Assembly (NCBI RefSeq): GCF_006345805.1
Contig: NC_043008.1
Location: 73,780,001-73,844,000, forward strand
Direction of reading: 5' to 3'
Origin: Octopus sinensis
Taxonomy: Eukaryota
Length of the DNA: 64,000 nucleotides
The position numbers and the translations under genes were made by a program. Below, piece after piece: positions 40,176 to 53,153 of this stretch; positions within the stretch are counted from its first letter, which is position 1; each line of letters starts with the position of its first letter. The notes under the pieces are model-generated. The model searched no databases and was not told where the DNA came from. It saw only the letters and a program-made list of their open reading frames with translations.

Positions 40176-41111
40176 AGAGACATAGAGATAGATAGAGAGA
40201 GAGATAGAGAGATAGAGAGATATACATATGCATATGTGTGTATATATATGTACACATATGTATATATGCATGCACCTGTGTACATATGTAGCATGTGTGT
40301 GTGTGTCTTTGCGCGCATGCGTATGCGTATGTAAATGCCAATAACAAATGCCAACCAGCTGTCTTTTCTAATTAAAAAGACAAAAGCAAAATGGCTGCCT
40401 CATGTTAATGTTCAGTAGGAATCAAATGTGACTTTTCTGGTATTTAATCTGAAGTTGTAATTTTAATTCCTCCTTCCTGTTATATGAAGTGCAATGTGTT
40501 TCTTACGTAGAAGTCCTTGAATTCATAGCAGAAATCAGTGAACATCCCTTTATCAATATTTTAGTAAAAACATACTTCAATTACTTTATATTTTGTGATG
40601 TAAATAATACATACACAAGCACACGCAAACGTATATTTGTTACATTTTTGTTAATTAAATAAAAAGACTGAGTACATACACGCACATATAATATCTACAT
40701 TAAAAGTATTTGTAGTAAAAGTATTTGTAGTGACACTGAATGTGTTGCAGGAATATTTTCTGTGAAGGTGTGAGATGGTGGTTGGAACCATGGGAGTAGG
40801 GCCTAGTCTAAAAGGTCTGGGTAGAGTTATAGCAAATAAGCTGTTATCTGTCCACCATGTTCTCATTCTCTTTGTCAGTAGAGAATAAAAAGAAAAACGA
40901 CAAAACTGTTGATATTTGGTTGGAAACGATCACAACCCAATAGAGGTACGCGTCGATCTATATCGACTACCTTCCCAGCTTGACGGCTCACATCTACTTG
41001 ATTTCCATGAAATGAAGCACTCTTCTCCATAAACCTTTGCTCAGTTTAGAATTGGAATCCTTGGACTTTTGTAAGTGAATCTAACATCAAACATTAGGCT
41101 ATCACGTCTTC

Positions 41112-41167
41112 GTTTCTCCGGGTGTAATGGTGAGCACTCTGGCCTCTGGATCCAGTAATCTGGTTCA
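41112..41167 (+). pseudogene. trnQ-CUG: tRNA-Gln(CTG) pseudogene fragment, truncated in the T arm
   Basis: ggtgtaatggtgagcactctggcctctggatccagtaatctggttca versus metazoan tRNA-Gln GGTGTAATGGTGAGCACTCTGGACTCTGAATCCAGCGATCCGAGTTCA; anticodon CTG retained, 3' acceptor strand missing. Confidence 0.8.
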
Positions 41168-41490
41168 GTGTTTAGAGCGTTGGGGTCAGAATCATGAGTT
41201 TGTGAGTTCATTCTCGGACTGGGCTGTGTTGCGTTCATGAGCAAGACATTTTATTTCACGTTGCTCCAATTCACTCAGCTGTAGAGATGAGTTGTGATGT
41301 CACTGGTGCCAAGCTGCATCGGCCTTTGCCTTTCGTTTGGATAACATTGATGGCGAGGAGGGGGCAGCTAATATGCATGGGTGACTGCTGGTCTTCCATA
41401 AATCAACCTTACCCGGACTTGTGCTTTGAGGACAACTTTCTAGGTCATTCATGACCGAAGCGGGTCTTTTTACCCTTATCCCTAAATGGA
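41161..41490 (+). mobile_element. tRNA-derived SINE family C
   Basis: A-box-like tggttcagtgtttagagcg, B-box-like gagttcattc, core gagcaagacattttatttcacgttgctcca..cactcagctgtaga. Confidence 0.7.
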
Positions 41491-41979
41491 GAACTCTATT
41501 TGCCTTTGTACTTGATAGCGTCATATGCTAGTCAACTGTGCCTTTATTCTATAAAACACACTTTGTTTCCTGTTAAGGAGATCCAAACTGAACGCACGCA
41601 ATACTTATACGCTCCAGTGCCACGCTACCTGAGTCCAGTCCTCCTTTTATCATATTGTTAAACCAAACTTCCAGTCTTTGATCTCTAACCTATATTGCAT
41701 ATTTCATCAAACAGCTTCAGTAATTATCTTGCATTCACGGGCATATATTTTTCAGAATATTTCTTGTAATTTTCTTTGAGCCAAGGAAATTTCGCATTCT
41801 TTAATTTTAAGTGGCGCTTGTTATTTATTGAGAATATATTTCATGTGCAGCTACCCACCAATATCTGTGTTTCAGGAATTATCAAAGTGCTTCTCCTTTT
41901 AAAATCTTTGTTCACGAGGGTATTAAGATATACTTTCCATATTTCATGGATGTTATCAGTATTTATAAGTTGACGATCA

Positions 41980-42860
41980 AAAATCAATACTGGAAAGATA
42001 CAGATCTTTGATCACTTTGCCTCTGATGTCATTTATTTTTATAATCATTTCTAATTCCTCTGCTGTCTCTTGAATTGAGTAATTTATCTACCTCATATTT
42101 CACTTCCATGAATCTTATATTTTGTCTTGAGCACATTTTCACTCTATTGAGATTCTAATATGTAGTTGTTTCCATTTTTGATTCATGTTATTCTTTAAAT
42201 TTCAACAATTTGTTTTCGTTCCATTTATCTCTAAGTAAAGTACATGTTTCATCTAAAACTTGTTACTTTCTTTTTGCTTTACTTCTGTTCAGAACAACTG
42301 TTGTTGAATTCTGTTACACGTCCTTTACATTCTTCTTTGCATCATGGCTATCTACACCATTTTCACTTATAGTTTCAAGTGCTAGAAATTGATTTTGGAA
42401 ATCAGTTACAAAAATACCTTACATTTTACTAACCTACAACTTAACCGCATAAGATCTGGCAATTTTCCTTTCATTTCTTCAACTTTTAGCCTTTACTGAA
42501 AAGTCTAAGTTGCTAACTGGTATTCACTTCTTTGATCTGCAGCTCGATATATTTTAGCACCCAGTAGGGATATTTGACGTCGTCGATTTCAGGATATTTT
42601 GTATTTGAAGACGTCTAAATATATTTATGGATATACATATGTGCAAAGAAAGCATCTACTATGATGAGATTGTTTGTTGACTGGACAGAAGTTAATCATC
42701 TTGCACTATTTTAATTTTCATCTCTTTGCCTATCTTTGCCTGCAGCATGCCACCTATGCTGTTGTCAGCTTTCACATTTAGATCACCAATCACAATTTTC
42801 ATATCCTTTGGTGTTTTGCTATTAATTTCTTCATGCAGCTTATGGGAGAAAGAATAGTTA
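41980..42860 (-). mobile_element. RTE-type LINE fossil (AP endonuclease plus linker)
   Basis: Minus frame KTPKDMKIVIGDLNVK (GDxNAK motif) and QNQFLALE (NxFxxLE linker motif). Confidence 0.65.
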
Positions 42861-43493
42861 CTTTTATTGGCTACGTTGTTTAGAGACGATCACAAACAAT
42901 ACAGATATTGCACTGTTTAGATTTAAGTTTCACTAAATAGTCAAATAACAGTAGTTTTCTATCCAGGATGCTTTTGCAGCCTTTTATTTTTATATTTTCA
43001 AACGAGCCAACTCCAACACGTTCTCTTTCTAAAATCATTTTATATTACATTTAGTCAAAAGAAAAAAAAATTGAGGTCCATTTTTAACATCACAACGTAT
43101 GAATTTTCTTTTGTGCTATCGTCCTCTTTATCTTCACCAATCTATTTTCTATCCGCAATTTTCAAATATTCTAGTATATATTGAAGAATTGACATTCGAC
43201 AACCGCGACATTCTGAAAATTATTGTTGGTTCGGGATCAGAGGCTCACGAGATAATTTGTAAATTTTTTTTATTATTGACATTATATATCCACGGATAAT
43301 TTGTTGGCTATATGCTTTGATCATTAAGCTATCATTACGTTAGTCCCAACTTCGGAAGCAGCTAATGTCGGGTATACCATGTGGTGTTAAAGACACAAAA
43401 CACATTATATAGCTGAGGCATGTGTCTGTTTAATCTCTAGATAGAGCACGGTAAAAAGGAAATGATGTTATCAGTATTCAATATGTGTGTGTA

Positions 43494-43539
<46 letters not shown>

Positions 43540-44222
43540 TGTGTGTGTGTGTGTTTGTTTGTACAAGTGAAAGAAATGTACAGTGAGTGTAGCTACATAT
43601 TGGTATTACTAGCTTCATTAAGATATACGTGACATAGTTTCTCCCACAAAAATTGAATTTCAACAATCAGATGTGGTAGTGTTCAGTTCTGAAGTAGCCA
43701 CGAATGAAATGGTGTTAAATAATTAGGTGACCAGGGGTTCTAATTGACTCCTATTCACACTGAATAGTATGTGAATCATATATTTGATTCTTAGATTGAC
43801 TTCATACTCTTAGTATTTAGACTGATGCTGGGGGTGACATGTGGTAGAAAATGGGCAATCAGAAATTTCAATGAGGTCATATAGTATAAGCAATTAATGG
43901 TTTAATTCTTCTAATAGGAAGCTCTGTCAGTCGTAGATACATGAAGGTACATTATTTTTCAATAAAGCTTACTGGGTATGTTGTAATATGTGGTGCATCA
44001 GAGATAGAGATTGTAGGTATAATTTACCGTGAATATTGAGGGATCTTGGGAATTATTCCCAGTTACACTGGGTATGCTAGCTCACTAGTCTTGTATCATA
44101 CAGGTAAACAGTTTACCCGCTTCGCTTTAAGCTGAAAGCCTGTTTATGAAAAATAAACTTTCACTTAAAACCATTAGATTTTGGATATCATGTTATATCT
44201 CATGGTACCATCAAATCGGGAA

Positions 44223-44259
<37 letters not shown>

Positions 44260-45088
44260 ACAAACAGAGAGAGAAAGAAAGAGAGAGAGGAGGAAAGAGA
44301 GAGAAACCGAAGAATGGGGAGAGAGTAAATGAGAGGAAGGTACGCTATAAATCCCTGCCTCAAGATGACAAAATGATCTCAATGGATAATCCAGATTGAT
44401 TTTTGAGGGTTATAGTTGAGATACTACGAAAATCATTGTGTTGTATGCCTTATTCTATACTGTTGCGTGCAGTGTTGTATATACAAACATAACTAACTCA
44501 AATGTGATCCAAATTATAAAGCTTGATATATGTATACTTGGAAAAAGTTGCCTATTTTACAAGAAATACGGATTGCAACAGCCCTTTAGTTGTACTGATT
44601 GTTAACTTAAACTATTCCAGTCTCCATCGACTTTTTCATTTTAAGATACATTCAAACAAAAGGCACTTATACGTTCATGCAACGCTTCCCTTTTCCCCGG
44701 TCGTTCAGCAGTCACCTTGACACTTAAAAGTAGCTTAGACACAGACTCTGTGACCTTACAATAAGTAGGTCATTTATATTAACGAACAATCCAATCCATC
44801 ATTTTTCAAAGAGTTTCTTTAGAAAGTGTTGTGAAATTCTTCCTACATACACTCACTGCATGTAAATGATGAAGAATGATTTCGTTTTTACATCTGTGAA
44901 AATGTAAGTAATGGAGGTCTTCGACGAAGTGAATGCTCGCGCCCGCGCTGAGTTGTGATGATGCTTTAGCGACAACATTTGGGTCAAAATGTTGTGTGAT
45001 CTTTTCACGAAACTCTATTCATGCGTGTTATATCGTTAGCTACTCGGTCGTCCCTAGCGTTGAAATCTACAAACGAATATATGTGTAT

Positions 45089-45185
<97 letters not shown>

Positions 45186-45217
45186 CATACACACACATAT
45201 TTATATACATATATATA

Positions 45218-45269
<52 letters not shown>

Positions 45270-45905
45270 TCATACATACACATATATATGCGCATATATG
45301 TATAAAGTGAGAGAGTGGGAAAAAGAGAGAGGTGCATGTAATAAAAGGAAATAAGAAATAGACGGAGATAGCTATAATCGTAGATCGATCGGTAAATATA
45401 TGCAAGTATAAAACATTTAAAATTTACATATGCATTAAAAACCAACACTGCGTTATGAATATACATACATAATAAATATTTCTTCAAATTATTGATTATA
45501 TTTTCCAAAAGTATACATTATCACGGAAAACAGATTTCTTTGATGTTGTGTTTTATTGCGAATTCAGTAGGTTTAGGTCAGGAAGCACATCTTGCCTACA
45601 TTTTAAACACTTGTTTATGTAACAGCTTATAATGAAACAGTTGAAACATTCATAAAATATTTCGTATTCGGTAAGGAAACATTCTTTGAAATTTTTTCTA
45701 CGATCATTTGAAAAGAACTGTTGAAAAATGGTGGCCATGATTTTGTTTTCCACGCCCATTAATCATTTAAAATAAGAACAAATATAGACAGGTACACGCA
45801 CACAGACAACATTAGTAAGCTACACACGCGCGCACACCCACACATGCACGTACACACACACGTACGTATATATATGTGTGTGTGTATCTGTCTGTCTGTG
45901 TGTAA

Positions 45906-45954
<49 letters not shown>

Positions 45955-46479
45955 TATACACACACGTATATGTATATGTGTGTGTGTGTGTGTGTATGTA
46001 TGCAAAACAACTAAGATGTTTCTGTATACTCCCTGTAGACTAGTCGATATGTAGTTGCACCAAAAGTTCGCTATTCTTTAAAACGTATCACATTTATAAA
46101 CATTTTCGTAAAGAAAGAAATTTTAAGAATTTTGACTTGTTGGAGCAGTTTGAAGAACTAGTAATTATGTCACTGTGTACAGAGATATCGAATTACAATT
46201 ACGGCAAGTTTCAATGAACTCATGTGATATGAATTATACACGCACATACACACATACGTGCGCGCGCAATATGAAAGTATACACCTTCTCCCAAAAATCT
46301 ATGCAAGTTTTAACACCTGATAACTGAATTTTTAATTCTTTTCTTTTAAACCATTCGAAATGATGTATGCAGACTGACTGCATGTTATACAAAAAATTTA
46401 TTTAAAGTGTTACTGGAAGTTTCAAGCCGCAGTCAAAGGGGAAAGGCAGTTTAGGAGGGAGGTTCAAAGAGATCCTCTT

Positions 46480-47160
46480 GCGAGATTCAAATCCATGGTA
46501 AATTTAAAGCTGATGGAAATGTGCAGAATGTATATAAGAAGCGTTCTAGAAGATCACGAGCATCAACGAGTCTCTTAAATTAAGAAAACTTACTAGAAAT
46601 AGATTGCCAGTGTTCAAGAAAATCTGTGCGTATTTCGATGCTCTGTTACTGGGCAAGTCATTCCAAGTATAGTCCACGCTTTATTGACGATGATCAATAC
46701 CGAAATGTTCTGTGAGTAGTACTTGGCAAGATGTTTTAAAATGCACACTTTCCAACAGAAGTTTGTGAAGACACTATGTTTAAAACAGAATTAACCACCG
46801 CAAATGCATTTGCTGGAGACCCAGCAACCGGCATATTATAGAGGATCATCATGTTAATTTACAGGATTTACAGTATGGTGCAGCTTATCATGAAAAGTTC
46901 TAAACGGATCATTCTTTATTGATGGTTTAGTCATTTCCTCCGTTTATTAAAATCTGCTAACACAGTCCCCCCATGCCGCGCATTCAAGATGCTTTTGAAG
47001 ATGCGAAGCATTATTTCCTGTAGGATGGGGCACACTCACACAACCACAAGAACGTATGACCAAAGGATTTGGACGAAGTGGTTCGCTAGTCTATCCTCCA
47101 CTTCCATTAGACCTCAGACCACTAGACATTTTACGAGGACACTTAACAGTTGAAGTTAAT
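46480..47160 (+). mobile_element. Tc1/mariner-superfamily (maT/rosa-like) transposase fossil
   Basis: Broken frames NRKCICW..HHVNLQ, YFL*DGAHSH (FQQDGAPPH motif) and YPPLPLDLRPLD (WPPRSPDLTPLD motif). Confidence 0.6.
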
Positions 47161-48242
47161 GCATAAAACCAAGAAGTCAACGAATCGAGACCAACCATTG
47201 AACAGGAATGCTCACAAATGTCAAACGATAATGTTTCTTGATATTGGCGATTACATTGTTTCGTTATTAGCATGCCTGAAACAGAACGGTTAACATGCTT
47301 GCAAACAGACGTTCATTTATTTAGATGTATTCGTCTTATTTGTTGATAGTTTAGCTTATTATATATATTTTTGGTTAAATTTAATCTTTATTTATTTAAT
47401 GAGGGTATGATTCACTATGTATCACATGTATGGAGTTAGTGTATTTACAAATATTTACACTAACCTTTGGATCTGCCTAAGTTCTTATGGTACCAGGATA
47501 TTTTTTAGGATCATATGTTACTATTGGTCGGATTCCGTGTCTAATGAAGGAGTATATTCATAAACTGGAATGTGTTATTTTACTTTTGTGATTCGTAGGT
47601 GTCAGCTCAGAGTGGTTGATCATGTTCAATTTTCCGAGTAGGATCCTGTCTACCGTGTTCTCTTTTCTGAAGATCCAGTTGATATGGCTGTGCAAGTGTT
47701 GGTCGGCTACATTCCACATGGTCATGGTGAATGAGGAAGTATCTCGCAGAGAAGAAGTTTGACTGAGATACTGCTTGAGGGGCTGGCAGAGACAAACTGA
47801 GCAAGTACCGAAAAATGGAGAATGTATCCAGTCGGCGCATCCTTAATATCTGAACCGACTTTCAACTGATCACATATCCTAGAATGACTTACCCATACAG
47901 AGAGGTTCTCCTGATATGTTTTTGTCGCTTATCCCATCGGCTTGTTCGAGGTTCAGGATGCATCATGGTCGATTATCATGATCATCACATTTTTGTATTT
48001 TTTCTAATCCAAATTTGGAGCACAAATTAAGAACAGGTATGTGTCTTGTCACAGTTCCAGTTTGTACTTTGTCGTGAGTTCTCATTAGTAGTCCATAGAT
48101 ATTTATATCTTTAGAAGTTTTTCACAATAAATAAATGCCTGTTTTCAGCTACTGTTTTGAGTTTCAGCTAGATGTCACCCTTCAAATTTTCCTGCAAAAC
48201 ATAAAAGTGGCCCTCGCCTTGATCATTTCTTGTTTATTTACA

Positions 48243-48313
48243 TCAGGTAAGGAATGATAGTTGCAAGATATTACATATTACAGGTAAGGAATGACAGTTG
48301 CAAGATATTACAT
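48243..48313. repeat. 37-bp tandem duplication containing a CAG|gtaagg donor-like site
   Basis: caggtaaggaatga(t/c)agttgcaagatattacata occurs at 48244 and 48281. Confidence 0.9.
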
Positions 48314-48820
48314 AAAATCACTCGTTTTCATCTCTAATACTAAAAGCAAGACTTTTGCATTCAGTTGTCCTTAAGTACACATTTTTAGCCGAAAATGTGA
48401 GTGCAAGTGCGTACAAGTTGCCGCCCTTTTCCTTGTCACCCTTAATATTAATACTGTGGCAAACATTACTGCTTTTCAGTTATGATAATCTCCATGAAAT
48501 ATGGTTTTCTCAGTCGTTTAGCCACATGTATTGTGCGTTCTCATTTTCAATTTCCGTTTAATGGAAAACTGTTTGAATCATAACCTTAGTGGGGATCCTA
48601 TTTCTTGATGTCGACGTCATTTTACCACATAAATAACTACAAGCAACCGAAACAAACTTAGATTCAATGAATAAAACTCCTCATTTCACTAATGGCAATA
48701 TAGCAGAGCTATAATTCTGAATATCTACAAAAGGCACACTTGACACAAGAGAAAACTGATAAATTCTAAAACGTGTCAAGAGTGAGAGGACATCCGACGT
48801 CAGTAAAACTTATTAATACC

Positions 48821-49990
48821 AACAACAACAATAATAATATGTTTTTAATTTAAGCACAAGACCAACAGATTTAGTGGGAACGAGGGACAAAAGATTGACA
48901 CCTTGGAAGATGAAATGCGAAGTCGACCTCGGCGATATTTGTCTCCGAATGTAAAACAGGAAGAAATGTTGCTGAGCATTTCGTCCAACCTGCTGTCAAT
49001 TCTACCAACTCGCCGCTTTAATGATAATGATAATTCTTTCTACTTTAAGCAGAGGGCCTGCAATGATAGCGTAAGGGTTTGTCGATTACATCGCCTCCGG
49101 CACATGGGTGAAGACGAAAGAAATGCCGCTAAACATTTTGGCCGGTGAGTTAACGATTATGCTAACTCGCCGCCTTTTTGATAATTTTAATCATTTCTAC
49201 TATAGGCAGGAGGCCTGAAATTTTGGGGGACAGGGCCAGCCGATTACATCGGCACCAGTGCTTGAGAGGTACTTATTGTATCGACCCCGAAAGGAATCGA
49301 CCACGATGGAATTTGAACTCAGAACGTAAGGACGGACGAAATGCCGCTATTTTTTTTCTTTTTGCTCTGTGTGCTAACGATTTTGCTATAGGCACGAGGC
49401 ATGAAATTTCGTGGGAGGGGACAAATCGATTATATCGACCCCACTGGTACTTAATTTATAGGCCCTGAAAGGATGAAAGGTAAAATCGACCTAGGCGGAT
49501 TTTGAATACAGAACGTAGCGGCAGACGAAATACTGCTAAGCATTTCGTCCGGCGTGCTCACGATTCTGCCAGCTCACTGCCTTAATAGTGATAATAACCC
49601 TTTCTACTGAAAGCACAAGCCTTCAAATTTGTGGGAAGGGATTACGTCGATTACATCGAACCCAATGCGTAACTGGCACTAATTTTATGGACGCCGAAAT
49701 GTAAAGTCGTCCTCGGTGGATTTTTAGCTCAGAACGTAGCAGCAGACGAAATACCTATTTCTTTACTACCCACAAGGGGCTAAACACAGGGGGGACAAAC
49801 AAGGACAGACATACGGATTAAGTCGATTTCATCGACCCCAGTGCGTAACAGGTACTTATTTAATCGACCCCGAAAGGATGAAAGGCAAAGTCGACCTCGG
49901 CAGAATTTGAACTCAGAACGTAACGGTAAACAAAATACCGTAAAGCATTTCGCCCGGCGTTCTATCGATTCTGCCAGCTCACACTCTTAA
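48821..49990 (-). mobile_element. Head-to-tail array of six SINE family B copies
   Basis: Units at about 48821-49020, 49021-49178, 49179-49386, 49387-49585, 49586-49755 and 49756-49990, each with family B motifs such as gtcgacctcgg, gaacgta, gacgaaat(g/a)c, gattctgccagctc. Confidence 0.88.
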
Positions 49991-51112
49991 TAATGATAAT
50001 AATAAATTCAATATATTCGAAAAAGTAAGAAATACCACTCCAGTGTTGAAATATGATTTAATTGAGAAAGTGAACAAACTAGTTAAAATAATATATAACA
50101 GATCAAACAGCGTGCGCATTATATGAAAAGCATAATCTGTCGTACTGGGGTACATAACAAATATAAAAACCAAATGAAATATTAATTCTGAAAGTGATAA
50201 AGAATTGTTATTTCATCTGGTGATGTTGGCTACTTACTCTTTAAGATTCGCATCCTGTTCTAATATTTCAAGTGGAATCAGAATGACAAAATCGAGTTGC
50301 TTTGACCTATTCCGTAAAACAACCACCAACTGAACAATCGACAACAACCTTAGATGTAATTGTAGATGTTTCGGTCGGGAAGAAATTAAAATGGTGGATT
50401 TTATAAAGAAAGCTACACGCCACTGACCTTTTTAACACATAACTCTGCACGTCGAATATATAAAGTGGAGCTTCAGATATTTGCAAATTCATCGAAAATA
50501 TTCGAGTGATCTTTGAATCAGTGAATCTGAACTTGAAGAATATATGCATAACAAGAACGGTAGAACCTGAATAAAAAAAACTGACGATATATAAGTGCAA
50601 ACATAAAATAATAACGAGGAAAGAAAACCGTCTTTCTTTCTCTATCTGCTTAGATTAATTTGCGAAATTTATATTTAACATTTCGTCATATTCCTTCAGT
50701 AAACACTCCAACATTTTCAACGCGCGCGCACACACACACACACTAAACGAAGTAAAGCAGACGTTGATATGAAAAATTATGTATTTATGCAATCGATTTC
50801 AAATTATGATGCAAGGCCAGCAAACTCGAAAGATATTTGATTTTGTTATTATAAGCAGCGCTATATATGTATATGTGTGCGCGTAAACTCTCTCATACAC
50901 AGACTCATTAGTGTATATATTCCGTTAGTTTCAAGCTAATAATCGATTTTGCCGTTACTCAGAGTTTCACGCGATATCTGATCTCTCGGACGAATAATTT
51001 TATTTGTAACATTCACATTAAAGGTTTACACCTGGTGACCAAGCATTTACTCAACTTCAATCTGATAAATTCAATCACATATATCGAGTAATTTTACTTT
51101 CATCCGTATTAC

Positions 51113-52025
51113 CTTTTCATTATCCTCTTGTTTCAGTCATTGGACTGCAGCCATACTGGAGCATTGCCTTGCAGAAATTTTAGTCGAATGAATCGATCCC
51201 AGTACTTATTTCATGTTAAACCTCGTATTTTTTCTCTCGGTATCTTTTGCAAAACAACTAAGTTACTGGCAGATAAACATACCAACACAGGGTGTTAATC
51301 GGTGATGTGGGACAAAAAAAGACACATTCCAGAGAAATATCTATAAGTAAACATATATAAACATATACATAAGACGGGCTTCTTTGAGTTTACGTCTACC
51401 AAATCCACTCACAAGGCTTTGTCGGCTCGTGGCTATAGTTGAAGACAATTGCGCAAGATGCCATGCTGTGGAACTGAGCCCGCAACTATGTACTTGAAAG
51501 GAAATCTTTTACACGCTGCCACACCTGCACCTTGAATAGTCAAGTTTTAAAAAGTATATTTATCTTTTATCGTTTAGTGGTTTCAGGCACTGGACTTCGA
51601 CCATGTCGCTGTACAGACTTAAATAATTTTTAGTCGAATGCATCGATCCCAGGACTTCAATTTTGCTAAGTCTGATCTCTTTTGCCGAAATTCTAAGTTA
51701 TGGGGACGTAAACACACCAACCCGATTATCAAGTAGTAGTGGCGAGGGATAAACACAGACACAAACACACACAAACGCACGTACACACACACACTCACGC
51801 GCGCGCACACACACACTCACGCGCACACACAAACGCACACACACACACACAAGTGTGTGTGTACAACAAGATTTTTCCAGTTTCCTTCAGCCAAAATCTA
51901 CTTACAAGACTTTGGTCAGCCCGAGGCTATGGTTGAAGACACTTGCCGAAGGTGCCACGCAGTGGGTACAGACCCAGAACCATGTGGTTAGGAAACAATT
52001 TTCCTATCTCACCGCCACGATGCAT
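51113..52025 (-). mobile_element. Two tandem SINE family A copies (about 51113-51531 and 51560-52025)
   Basis: Both align by eye to 6188-6611 (accaaatccactcacaaggcttt; gaagacacttgccgaaggtgccacgcagtggg). Confidence 0.8.
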
Positions 52026-52521
52026 TTACAGTATATAAAATTTCAAGTCAAATTACTGTTATATTATTTTCATATCTAATTAATTAATTAATTAATTAAT
52101 TACAAGAAAACAATAATATATTCGCAATTTCTATAAACGGAGCTTATTTCCGTAATCCTTTGTTACCTATGCCGTATATAAAGATTAACATCTTTTAATC
52201 AGCTACTAATCCATGATTTAAAAGAAAACTTTTAAAATACGTATATAATGGGATAGAATTTACAGGAATGTGTGCTATATAGTCTTGTGAATTCATGGCA
52301 TCCTTCCTAATGCGTAGTATTTGTAAACGTCGACTGCACATATTAATATATAAAAACAAATAATTTGTGTCCTTATTGAACCAACAAGAAAATCAATGAA
52401 CCACATTTTGTGTCCCGAGATCCCTCAACTAGCAACTGAACATATATAGTATATCGTCTAGCTTTTAGTATTTGCTTACAAAGCATTTTTTTCTCTCAGT
52501 GACTCTATTAGATTTTTATGC

Positions 52522-52554
<33 letters not shown>

Positions 52555-52917
52555 GAAGGAATTTGCTTTATGGAATTTAAGGGTATTTTTAGGTCAGTCA
52601 GTTTGATGCCAGTGTCAATGGTATTTCACTGTTGATAGTTCATTGAATAACTTGTTGGTGTTGTTGTTATTGAGGCATTTGATAATGTTGGTGAGAATGT
52701 TTTAAGAATCTTTAGTGTGTGTTTGGTCAACCTCTGTAAATGACTTCATTGTTTTATGTTCCTCTGAAATTTTTATTAGAAATTATTCTTTTATAAATTG
52801 CCTATACAACAACACCGCATGAAAGCTAAAATAATCGATTTTCTGAAATATATTTAAGACTCGCAGTTCAAAGTTCCCCCTCTCTCCCACTCTCTCTTTC
52901 TCTCTTTCATAATATAT

Positions 52918-53036
<119 letters not shown>

Positions 53037-53116
53037 ATATATATATATATATATAATATATATATATATATGTATATGTATACATCTATACAACAGAGTT
53101 ACACGTACACACACAC

Positions 53117-53153
<37 letters not shown>

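Noticed and set aside
47600-47900. Minus-strand open frame (TMWNVADQHLHSHINWIFRKENTVDRILLGKL) and splice-like sites on both strands
   Set aside because: Could be a decayed RTE/L2 C-terminus or chance; no confident family match and no consistent exon
48821-49990. Repeated units resembling a CRISPR array
   Set aside because: Units are about 200-bp SINE copies, with no short identical repeats or unique spacers; eukaryotic context
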